The notes beneath the pieces were generated by a model. That model was not told the origin of the DNA and did no database searches. It saw nothing but the letters and a program-made list of their open reading frames with translations. From a virus (lineage: Duplodnaviria > Caudoviricetes): a DNA stretch of 44,107 bases. Location: IMG/VR virus record IMGVR_UViG_3300033565_000060, positions 1 through 44,107 of that record, one strand, 5' to 3'. Both the position numbers and the translations under genes were made by a program. Of the stretch, positions 36,448 through 44,107 are shown piece after piece (within the stretch, counting starts at the first letter, position 1; the number at the start of each line of letters is the position of its first letter).

Positions 36448-37413
36448 GTGTCAATTACACTCACTCAAAACCTGATCGATGCCGGTACCCAGTACCGCAA
36501 AGAACTTCTTACCATGCCGGTTGCCGTCCTCAACGAAGTGTTGCAGGTTATGTCAATCCGCATAGGTATACAGGGGAAGATCGTTGGCGGAACTCTTTCC
36601 ACCGATGCTCAGCTTCGCCCATACCGTACCGAAAAGGGTGCCTCCGACAATACCTCAATCGATGCCTTTGAATGGGAAACCTACCTGGGCGACGTTGTTA
36701 AGGAATTTGACCCGCAGGCTATCCTCGGAACCCTTTACACCGAAAAAACCAATGTTAAACCTTCCGATCGTAAAATCGCTAAGATGGTTTCTTTGGAAAT
36801 GGCTAAAAAAGTAGGTGAAGCATTATACGACAGCATGTTTACCGCTGTTCGCAATCCTGACGGCGACACTACAGCCGATCTTTTCAATGGATTCTCAACT
36901 TTAGCTGCTGCTGCAGTTACTGCCAATAAGCTTACCATTGCAAAGAAAAACTACCAGGATTTATCTGCTGAGCCTATTACCGCGCTCAATTGCGGAGAAG
37001 TACTGAAAGCTGCTTACCGTAGCCTTCACAAACTGCTCAAAAAGCAGAAAGTTAATCTGTACCTGCCATATTCAGTACTCGAAATGTACGAAGACTGGTA
37101 TCAGGTCGAAATGGGCCACGTTCCATTCAATACTTCTTTCGAACAGAAGGTGCTTCTTGGATCCAACGGTCGCTGTACATTGGTTCCTCTCGATAACATG
37201 GAAGACCAGGATTACCTGTACTTCACTGTTCGCGATAATATGCTTGTAGGAGTTGATCAGGAAAGCGACAAGGAAGACGTAGAAATACGCCGTTGCGATA
37301 ATCCGAAACTGGTTCAGTTCTTTATGATGAGCTATTTTGGTGTTGGTTTCGATACCCTCGACGCCAGGTTTATGTGTGTTGTTAAATTCAGTACTGAAGA
37401 AGGAGGATCCTAA
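36448..37413 (+). CDS. Major capsid protein
   Basis: 321 aa directly after the protease/scaffold; 'DLFNGF', 'NMLVGVDQ..D.E', 'FFM..YFGVGF'; GTG start. Confidence 0.75.
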   Translation: MSITLTQNLIDAGTQYRKELLTMPVAVLNEVLQVMSIRIGIQGKIVGGTLSTDAQLRPYRTEKGASDNTSIDAFEWETYLGDVVKEFDPQAILGTLYTEKTNVKPSDRKIAKMVSLEMAKKVGEALYDSMFTAVRNPDGDTTADLFNGFSTLAAAAVTANKLTIAKKNYQDLSAEPITALNCGEVLKAAYRSLHKLLKKQKVNLYLPYSVLEMYEDWYQVEMGHVPFNTSFEQKVLLGSNGRCTLVPLDNMEDQDYLYFTVRDNMLVGVDQESDKEDVEIRRCDNPKLVQFFMMSYFGVGFDTLDARFMCVVKFSTEEGGS

Positions 37414-37415
37414 TC

Positions 37416-38006
37416 GTGGGCGAATTATTTAAAACCATGGATTGGGCTGACGGTAAAGTCAACCCATCCGGAATCCGCAAAGAAATTTACTGGGCACCTA
37501 AATCCTGGATCAGGACTATACCCCGTATTGTATCAGATCCTTTAACCGCTGCTGAAAACATAAATGTGGCCGGTGACTTCGAAATGATGCCAGGTAAAAC
37601 TTTCCTCAAAATGTACTCTACCCAGGGAAAAGGAAAAGTGTACTGGGAGCCGCTTGGCGAAAAGGATCACAAAATGTTTCTCAACAAAGGAACATTCAGT
37701 TTCCCCGATATTGGTGTTGATGCACGCAGCAATGCTAAGCAGACCATTAACTCCAACATTATTATGATTGCCCGTATTCCTGCCGGTAGCGAAATCCGGT
37801 ATGTGATGCTTGGCGATGATGATTATGATGTAACCGTAACCATCAAAGGCGACTCAGGCGATAAACCTGGTTCCGAAAAAGGAATCACGTTCGAAGTTGA
37901 ATCTCCTTGCGAAACTCCGTTGCCAGGTTATACCGGTATATTGGAACTCGAAGATGGTACACTCGATTGCGAAACAGGAATTTTCACTCCCACTCCCGTA
38001 AGCTAG
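37416..38006 (+). CDS. Putative major tail tube / structural protein
   Basis: Follows the capsid gene; 'NPSGIR..IY', 'GDSGD......GITF' pattern; followed by a terminator. Confidence 0.55.
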   Translation: MGELFKTMDWADGKVNPSGIRKEIYWAPKSWIRTIPRIVSDPLTAAENINVAGDFEMMPGKTFLKMYSTQGKGKVYWEPLGEKDHKMFLNKGTFSFPDIGVDARSNAKQTINSNIIMIARIPAGSEIRYVMLGDDDYDVTVTIKGDSGDKPGSEKGITFEVESPCETPLPGYTGILELEDGTLDCETGIFTPTPVS

Positions 38007-38030
38007 ATTACCGCTTGTATTTACGCGAAT

Positions 38031-38063
38031 GCCCTGCCGTCGGACGATGGCAGGGCTTTATTT
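38031..38063 (+). terminator. Probable attenuating terminator after the abundant structural genes
   Basis: GCCCTGCCGTC-ggac-GATGGCAGGGC followed by TTTATTT. Confidence 0.65.
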
Positions 38064-38079
38064 CAAAAAAATCTATATC

Positions 38080-38859
38080 ATGACACCACACGAAGAAATA
38101 AGCGCATGGCTTGCAGACGAAAACCGCGATTTCCAGAAAGGGCTGGAGCTATTCTCCATCTATTCGCGAAACCGGGCAGTGTTTCTGCAACTTGATCGCA
38201 AGAAAAATTTAAAAGTTCTGGATTACCAGCTCAACCGGCTTTTGAAATTTCCGGTACTGAAGCCCGATAAATCACGGGTAAAAACCATCATCAAAGAATC
38301 ATTATCGCCCCAGGCCATCCTCGACCGCGAAGAGAATTTTAAATATCTGGAATTTAATAAAATTGATCCGGCAAAACTTCCTGATGATCAGCGCAAAGTA
38401 TACGATGGCATTGCTGAGGCTTATAAGATATCGCGTACCTATCACGAAAAAATGAAACTAGCCACCAGCGATGAGCAGCGTGGTGAGCTCCGTGCCGAAC
38501 TTATTGCTGCTGACGATATCATTGCTGCAGGATGGAACGGACTCGACGCTTTTATTAAATCTTGCGAAAAGGTACCTGACAAAGCAACCGCTAAAACCGT
38601 GCTCGACATCAGCAAGGAAATTAACGCCTGCCGCTCCTACATAAGCAACGGAATTAAAGCCATCCCTGGTCTCGACGAAAAGAAAAAAGCAAAGCGTATT
38701 GCTGAAGTAAAAAAACGTGTCGATCAAATGATTGACCTGGAGGCTCCTGTGTCGGTCGAAACTCGCGACTCCTTGATTAAACTTGGCATTATTTCGGGTA
38801 CTTCCAAAATAAAGGTTGAGCCAATTCTGGCGGCTAAAAAACCCGAAAATAAAAAGTAA
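38080..38859 (+). CDS. Hypothetical helical protein (start moved to ATG 38080)
   Basis: 'I.AWL....RDF.KG.ELF'; the earlier in-frame start lies at the terminator hairpin. Confidence 0.7.
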   Translation: MTPHEEISAWLADENRDFQKGLELFSIYSRNRAVFLQLDRKKNLKVLDYQLNRLLKFPVLKPDKSRVKTIIKESLSPQAILDREENFKYLEFNKIDPAKLPDDQRKVYDGIAEAYKISRTYHEKMKLATSDEQRGELRAELIAADDIIAAGWNGLDAFIKSCEKVPDKATAKTVLDISKEINACRSYISNGIKAIPGLDEKKKAKRIAEVKKRVDQMIDLEAPVSVETRDSLIKLGIISGTSKIKVEPILAAKKPENKK

Positions 38860-38870
38860 ATCCTGATCGT

Positions 38871-39593
38871 ATGTTTAACAGCGAAAAGGTTACATTCAAC
38901 ATGGCATCAATGCCATCGCGGATAATTGCCTTACAGGATACCATCAATACCATTCTTCCACAGTGCGACCTGCTCAATATTTATTTAAATAATTTTGAGC
39001 AGGTTCCTTCTTTTCTCAACCATCCTAAGATTAATCTTTATCGCAGCCACAACTGCATTGGAAACATTGGCGATGTAGGCAAATTTTACAAGGTTGATCA
39101 GATACAGGGATATATTTTCACGGTTGATGATAAAATAATCTACCCTGATGACTATGTGCATCAGATGATTGGTACCATTGAGCGGGCTCACCGTAAGGCT
39201 GTAGTAAGTAATCATGGCCGCAATTTTCACACCACCCGGCCTTCGCGTTCCTACTATTTCGATATCGCAAAAATATTCAGTTATCCGCTGGGCTATCCAC
39301 TCACATTTGTACATGAGATTGGCACCGGAGTAATGGCTTTTCATTCCGATACGGTAAAGCCATCCCTGGCGTGGTTTCCATATACTAACATGACCGATAT
39401 ATATTTCAGTATCGAATGTCAGAAACTAGGAATACCGCTTATCATTCATCCGCATTCGGAAGGATGGATCAGTATGAGCCGTAAGCATAACGATCATTTT
39501 TCAATACATGCAACATGCAATAGAAGGGATGCATTTCAAACGAAAGTGATTAATGATTTCGATTGGAAAATTAATACCTGTCCGCTTGACTAA
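38871..39593 (+). CDS. GT-A fold glycosyltransferase (GT2-like)
   Basis: 'AS.PSR...L..TI.TILPQ.D.L.IYLN', 'GD.GKF', 'YIFTVDDKIIYP.DYV', 'GTGVMAF', 'NM.DIY'. Confidence 0.75.
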   Translation: MFNSEKVTFNMASMPSRIIALQDTINTILPQCDLLNIYLNNFEQVPSFLNHPKINLYRSHNCIGNIGDVGKFYKVDQIQGYIFTVDDKIIYPDDYVHQMIGTIERAHRKAVVSNHGRNFHTTRPSRSYYFDIAKIFSYPLGYPLTFVHEIGTGVMAFHSDTVKPSLAWFPYTNMTDIYFSIECQKLGIPLIIHPHSEGWISMSRKHNDHFSIHATCNRRDAFQTKVINDFDWKINTCPLD

Positions 39594-40060
39594 TGAAAAC
39601 AAATCAGATTATATGGGCCAACTCTCAAACTGCATTCTTCCTGAGTAACCAGGTAGCATCGCACCATATTTTCGATTTTGTAATTGATGAGATGAAAAGT
39701 GCTGAGTGTATGATCATCAGCTCTTTTGCAATTACCGATCACTATGTAAGGCGGTTGATCCGGAACCGAGGGAGGATCTCCCGCATTACATTATTTCTCG
39801 ATTTTACAATTGCTTCGCGCAATGCCAGGGTAACGCAGTTTGCAGCTTCAAATGTTGCCGAGCTTTTTCTTACAAACAATCACAGCAAAACCATTTACGC
39901 AAAAAATGCTGATACCGAAATGCTGGCAGTAATGAGCAACAATGCTACCAACAACATGCGATACGAATCGGGTATCCTTTTCCGAAATCACGATTTAATA
40001 CCTCAGTTCCTAAGGCAATACGAAACAATGCAAGCTGACAGCGTACAATGGAAGAGCTAG
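39593..40060 (+). CDS. Phospholipase D-like single-domain protein (possible nuclease)
   Basis: 'ISSFAI', 'NHSK', 'SNNAT.N.RYE' (degenerate HKD and GSxN motifs). Confidence 0.65.
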   Translation: MKTNQIIWANSQTAFFLSNQVASHHIFDFVIDEMKSAECMIISSFAITDHYVRRLIRNRGRISRITLFLDFTIASRNARVTQFAASNVAELFLTNNHSKTIYAKNADTEMLAVMSNNATNNMRYESGILFRNHDLIPQFLRQYETMQADSVQWKS

Positions 40061-40311
40061 AACTACTTGAAGAATATGCCAGCCTTTTGCTCACTATCGA
40101 TCAGATAGCGCTTCTCCTGGGCATGGATGCATCCGAATTGAGGCGATTGATCAGGCACGGCAAAAATGATCATTCTAAGGCCTATAACCGGGGCAAACTG
40201 AAAACAATTATGGAAGTGAGGAAACAAACCGTTGAGTTCGCAAAAAAAGGATCACCGGCCGCTGAAGCTTTGGTAAATAGCTTTATCATCAAACAATTGC
40301 AAAATGAGTAG
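40048..40311 (+). CDS. Small HTH protein, candidate terminase small subunit component
   Basis: 'LTIDQIALLLG.D...L', 'AYNRGK', 'AKKGSPAA'; upstream of the large terminase. Confidence 0.55.
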   Translation: MEELELLEEYASLLLTIDQIALLLGMDASELRRLIRHGKNDHSKAYNRGKLKTIMEVRKQTVEFAKKGSPAAEALVNSFIIKQLQNE

Positions 40312-40921
40312 AAAAAATAACCTGGATAAGTTTCAGGAAGTTATGTTTGCTGATAAGGTTGACATCAGTCACCTTACTCCTGTTGAGCAAATGCAGGTAG
40401 TCAGGTACCGCTTTGCATTCACCCAGTGCCTCGAATCGCCATCCATAGCCGATAATGTACTTCGCGATCAGCTCATCAGCGAATTCGGTATCAGTCAATC
40501 ACAGGCTTATCGCGACATCGCCAACATAAAAATCATTCTTCCCAACATTAAAGCAGCTGGTAAGGAATGGATCCGCTACATCGTAACCGAAGAATTAAAG
40601 GAAGCTATCCGGGAAGCAAAGTTAGCAGGTCCTGAATACCTCAAGGAACGTATCATGGCCATCGATAAACTTGGCAAGTATAACAAGCTCGATCAGGATG
40701 AGGGCGAAGAGCTCCCCTGGGATGATATTGTTCCCATTCCTATCGAACCTACTTCCGATATCACTGTACTGGGGCTGGGTGCCAAACCAATGGAAAACCC
40801 TGAAGAGGAAATCCGGAAGCTTTACGAAAAATATAAAGGCGATATCGAAATCGAAGATGTCGAATACCAGGATTTAACCGATATAAACAATGACGGAGAC
40901 AAAGAAGATCTACTACAATAA
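40304..40921 (+). CDS. Putative terminase small subunit
   Basis: HTH 'L..EFGISQSQAYRDI'; overlaps the start of the large terminase. Confidence 0.55.
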   Translation: MSRKNNLDKFQEVMFADKVDISHLTPVEQMQVVRYRFAFTQCLESPSIADNVLRDQLISEFGISQSQAYRDIANIKIILPNIKAAGKEWIRYIVTEELKEAIREAKLAGPEYLKERIMAIDKLGKYNKLDQDEGEELPWDDIVPIPIEPTSDITVLGLGAKPMENPEEEIRKLYEKYKGDIEIEDVEYQDLTDINNDGDKEDLLQ

Positions 40922-42509
40922 ACCACAGCTCGAATTCCGGTCTGTTGCCGCTCACACTTCGGTTATTGTTGCCGGCCGGCGCCTTGGAAAAACGCACGGT
41001 ATAATTGCGCCCTGGTTGCTGCGAAATGTGCAACATATGCCACAATCGGGTGGCGGAATCATCGGTAGCACATTTCAGCAGCTTTTATCCAGGACATTGC
41101 CCGGTTCGCTCAAATCACTGGAAGATATGGGTTATTACCGCAATATTCACTTCTTTATCGGCCGAAAACCGCCCAAATCTGCAGGATTCAAGGAACCCAT
41201 AATAAAACCGATCAGTTACGACCACGTTGTTTCCTGGTATAACGGTTCTGTTCAATACCTGATAAGCCAGGACATTCCCGGATCCTCCAACTCACTCACG
41301 CTGCAGTACCTCTTAGGCGATGAGGCTAAGTTTCTCGATTTCGACAAGCTGAAGGACGAAACCTTCCCGGCGAATGGAGGCTATAAAGGCCCCTGGCGCA
41401 ATTCGCCATGGTTAAACTCCATGCTGTTTACTTCCGATATGCCAACCAGCAAGAAAGGGTCCTGGTTCCTTGGGTATAAAAAAATGATGGATCCGGAGTT
41501 GATTGAAAAAATCAAGTGGCTGTTAAGCGAAATATTCCGGCTCCGGCAGGAACCGCGGACGGAATGGAACCTCCGGAAGCTCAAGGAATATAATCTTCGC
41601 CTTACACAGTTCCGCAGTGTGGCCGTTTACTATCGCGAATGGTCCACCATCGAAAATATTGAACTCCTTGGAAAGAAATACATTGCCCAGATGAAACGGG
41701 ATCTTCCTCCCCTGGTGTTTCAAACTTCCATCCTTTGCATTCGTCCCGGGAAACTGAAAGATGGTTTCTACCCGGCTCTTCGCGATCACCACTTTTACAA
41801 AGCTTTCGACAATTCATTCCTGCAGGGATTGGATTACGATCTCGAAAAAGCTCAGCAGCAAAGTTGTGCCCAGGATGCTGATGTGGATCTTACCCGGCCA
41901 ATATGCGTAGCGTTCGACTACAACGCTAATATCAACTGGCTGGTATGCGGCCAGCAGCAAGGCATTAAAGCTATGGTATTGAAAAGCTTTTATGTGAAGT
42001 ATCAACGCAAGCTCCGGGAGCTTGTGGATGATTTTTGCGACTATTACCGTACCCATTTAACCAGGGAAGTTGTGTATTATTACGATACCACGGCGCTCGG
42101 ATCCAACTACGCCCTGAACGAAGATGATTTTGCATCCGCCATCTGCAACCAGTTCGAGAAAAAAGGATGGAGTGTTACACGCCAGCATATGGGCAACCCG
42201 ATAAAACACCGGGAAAAGTACCTCATATTCGATCAGGCCATGAAAGGTCAAAAATACCTTATGCCAATGATCAACGAGCCAAACAACGAGGCCCTGAAGC
42301 TTGCATTGGAACATTGTGGCGTTAAAGTAGGACCCAAAGGATTTGAAAAGGATAAATCCGGCGAAAAGCTTGCCGAAACCGAAGAGGATCTCCTCGAGCA
42401 TCGCACCGATGGAACCGACGGTTTTGATACCCTTCTGCTAGGAATGTTCTTTAACCCAAGCAACAATTATGGTTCATCGCCTGCAGGTGGAATTTCAACA
42501 TTTTTGTAG
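40890..42509 (+). CDS. terL: Terminase large subunit
   Basis: Walker A 'AGRRLGKT', Walker B 'YLLGDEA', RNase H-like acidic residues 'VAFDYN' and 'TDGTDGFD'. Confidence 0.88.
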   Translation: MTETKKIYYNKPQLEFRSVAAHTSVIVAGRRLGKTHGIIAPWLLRNVQHMPQSGGGIIGSTFQQLLSRTLPGSLKSLEDMGYYRNIHFFIGRKPPKSAGFKEPIIKPISYDHVVSWYNGSVQYLISQDIPGSSNSLTLQYLLGDEAKFLDFDKLKDETFPANGGYKGPWRNSPWLNSMLFTSDMPTSKKGSWFLGYKKMMDPELIEKIKWLLSEIFRLRQEPRTEWNLRKLKEYNLRLTQFRSVAVYYREWSTIENIELLGKKYIAQMKRDLPPLVFQTSILCIRPGKLKDGFYPALRDHHFYKAFDNSFLQGLDYDLEKAQQQSCAQDADVDLTRPICVAFDYNANINWLVCGQQQGIKAMVLKSFYVKYQRKLRELVDDFCDYYRTHLTREVVYYYDTTALGSNYALNEDDFASAICNQFEKKGWSVTRQHMGNPIKHREKYLIFDQAMKGQKYLMPMINEPNNEALKLALEHCGVKVGPKGFEKDKSGEKLAETEEDLLEHRTDGTDGFDTLLLGMFFNPSNNYGSSPAGGISTFL

Positions 42510-42521
42510 TATCTTTATGTA

Positions 42522-42635
42522 ATGAAAGACAATCCTTACGATTACATAAAAAAACGCCATCGGGGTAACCTTGTTCTTGGCATTATTATTCTCATTGTTA
42601 TAGCAATGTATTACTTAATATCGATAATATTATAA
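42522..42635 (+). CDS. Small single-TM peptide (37 aa, not in the ORF track)
   Basis: Translated by hand: MKDNPYDYIKKRHRGNLVLGIIILIVIAMYYLISIIL*. Confidence 0.4.
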   Translation: MKDNPYDYIKKRHRGNLVLGIIILIVIAMYYLISIIL

Positions 42636-42910
42636 CTGGCACCACATTTTCAGAGCTTTAGCGGCGAAAATTAAAGCAATAAACCCGATAGAGCACGGAT
42701 GAACGAAGCGAATGTTTTTGGCCACAAAAAAACAGCCTGAAGGCTGCCGTGCGGAATTCCGATTCCAGCGCGCGCCATTTCCACGAACGGCGCTGCCCAG
42801 GTTTGTCCGGTTCCTGGTTCCGGCGTTTTGCTTTCAGATTCTCACTTTCGTGATGGGTATTTCTCAAAGAAAACTGCAAAGAAAACTAACCCGGGCGCCC
42901 TTTTAATATC

Positions 42911-43351
42911 TTAGTTAAAAACTGCATCCATTTCCAGAACTCCGGCCGGCTCTTCGTCTTCGTTCTCGTCTTGTTCCGGGTCTGCTTCCTTCTTGTTCGG
43001 GTCAATTACCTGCATATCGCTGAACAAATAACACAGCGGCCAATACTTGTACTCCTCCGGTTCTGTTGCTCCCTCGGGCGTTTGGATTGCTGTTCTCGGC
43101 TGTCCCCATACGGTGAAGGCGTGTACACCTTTTACAATGGTGCATCCTTTTTCCTTCCATTGGTGAAACGTGTTATACTCACAGGCTTTACCCTGATTCT
43201 GATCATACATATATATTAATGCCTCGTTTACGGTGTCAGCTTCTCCGATCTCAATTAGTTGGCGTGCAACCTTCGACAAAGCTATTAATTCACTGCGTGC
43301 AGCGGCATAGCGTTTTTTTGCTTCCTCTTTATTCTTACTTTTGTAGCTCAT
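42911..43351 (-). CDS. ArdC-like N-terminal ssDNA-binding domain protein
   Basis: 'YNTFHQWKEKG.TI.KG..A..VWG.P...Y.YWP.CYLFS..QV'; acidic tail. Confidence 0.75.
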   Translation of the reverse strand: MSYKSKNKEEAKKRYAAARSELIALSKVARQLIEIGEADTVNEALIYMYDQNQGKACEYNTFHQWKEKGCTIVKGVHAFTVWGQPRTAIQTPEGATEPEEYKYWPLCYLFSDMQVIDPNKKEADPEQDENEDEEPAGVLEMDAVFN

Positions 43352-43959
43352 GACTGTTTGATTTTATCAGACGGTTTAACTTAGGGCTAAGAGGCGGCTA
43401 CCTCTTAGCCCGCTTTTTTTACTCTGAAATCTCGAATTGTAAACTGTTCCGCTTGGCTTCAACCTTAGCCAGTATAAAACTGAGCAGGTCTGAAATAACA
43501 GAAGGATTTTTGAATTTCAGAATTTCAGCTTCTGAATATCCGCCTTGCTTCTTCCCCGTGATCACAATAGAATAGTTATCGGATGTAAAAATATCCTCGT
43601 TGTGCTCCTTGTTCACAGTCTGCAAGTGCTGTTTAATTATTGCGTGTGTGGTGTCGAACTGGTGAAGCTGTTCAATTAATTCCTGCTTCCTTTGGTAGTA
43701 CTTAATTTTGTCGTCGAAACTTTCAGGACCTTGCGAAAGTTGCGCTTCCAGTTTCTTAATCCTGGCTTTCAGTTCTTCGGGGGTTTCTTCCTTGGCGGGT
43801 TCCTGGCTCGTTACTTTCATAATGGGCTGGATTGCCGGTGTAGTTGTTGCCGTTTGTGGCTTGGGCGTGTTCGCCCCTTCACCCTTCGGGGTGGTGGTGT
43901 CTTTGCTCATGACTTTGTTTTTATTGGTTTAACTTAATTTATTCGGGGCGGCTACCCCT
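43346..43959 (-). repeat. Duplicated leader motif upstream of both leftward genes
   Basis: Minus strand: hairpin containing GGTAGCCGCC, then TAAGTTAAACC, then AGTCATGAGC; copies at 43346-43411 and 43905-43959. Confidence 0.75.
43419..43910 (-). CDS. Hypothetical coiled-coil protein
   Basis: Shares a leader motif with the ArdC-like gene; first gene of the leftward operon. Confidence 0.7.
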   Translation of the reverse strand: MSKDTTTPKGEGANTPKPQTATTTPAIQPIMKVTSQEPAKEETPEELKARIKKLEAQLSQGPESFDDKIKYYQRKQELIEQLHQFDTTHAIIKQHLQTVNKEHNEDIFTSDNYSIVITGKKQGGYSEAEILKFKNPSVISDLLSFILAKVEAKRNSLQFEISE

Positions 43960-43972
43960 TTTAATTATGATG

Positions 43973-44004
43973 TAAATATACAACTAAAAGCATTTAGAAA
44001 CAAA
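43973..44004 (-). promoter_or_regulatory. Bacteroidota housekeeping-type promoter of the leftward operon
   Basis: Minus strand TTTG-N20-TATATTTA. Confidence 0.65.
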
Positions 44005-44107
44005 CTAAATAACAGTATATCAGTTATTTAAACAATTGAGCGATATTTTTTACCCTAATATTTAGGCTTGTAATTACCTGCAATTCACTAAAATTATTTT
44101 TATCTCT

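Larger units (their letters stand above)
1..44107. mobile_element. Temperate siphovirus-like phage of Bacteroidota, near-complete genome in non-integrated form
   Basis: Terminase, portal, S49 protease, capsid, tape measure, amidase, tyrosine integrase with adjacent attP-like site, repressor/cro pair and primase-helicase are all present; no host housekeeping genes seen. Confidence 0.95.

Noticed and set aside
2771-43937. Many antisense and out-of-frame ORFs in the supplied track (for example 2771-3409, 8224-8607, 30939-31316, 42057-42401)
   Set aside because: They shadow well-supported genes and carry no recognisable motifs
1-44107. Alternative genetic code or stop-codon recoding
   Set aside because: Genes tile densely under the standard code and TAA, TAG and TGA all terminate well-supported genes

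Overview
The window appears to be an essentially complete ~44 kb temperate tailed (siphovirus-like) phage genome infecting a Bacteroidota host. The host is inferred from TAnnTTTG-type promoters, A-rich start regions without Shine-Dalgarno sites, and signal peptides cleaved before Gln. It is in the excised, non-integrated configuration: an intact attP-like site, whose 16-bp core looks like a tmRNA 3' end, lies mid-genome beside a tyrosine integrase, and the terminase (right end) is separated from the portal (left end) by the window ends. Modules from left to right: a secreted-protein moron and an antirepressor operon with a C4-like structured leader; portal, neck and tape measure; tail tip with LRR and SGNH proteins; an inserted four-gene cassette (membrane protein, two secreted single-cadherin proteins, XRE-HTH/ECF sigma fusion); lysis genes; integrase and attP; repressor/cro switch; early genes with a primase-helicase and an iteron-rich origin; S49 protease, capsid and putative tube genes; glycosyltransferase, PLD-like protein and terminase; and a leftward ArdC-like operon. 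The most notable observations are the cadherin/sigma cassette, six copies of a fixed-spacing putative late promoter (GTCCTTT-N20-TAnnWTTG-like), a Fur-box-like palindrome on the repressor leader, and a glycosyltransferase in the morphogenesis operon. All product calls come from motif recognition by eye; no database searches were run.
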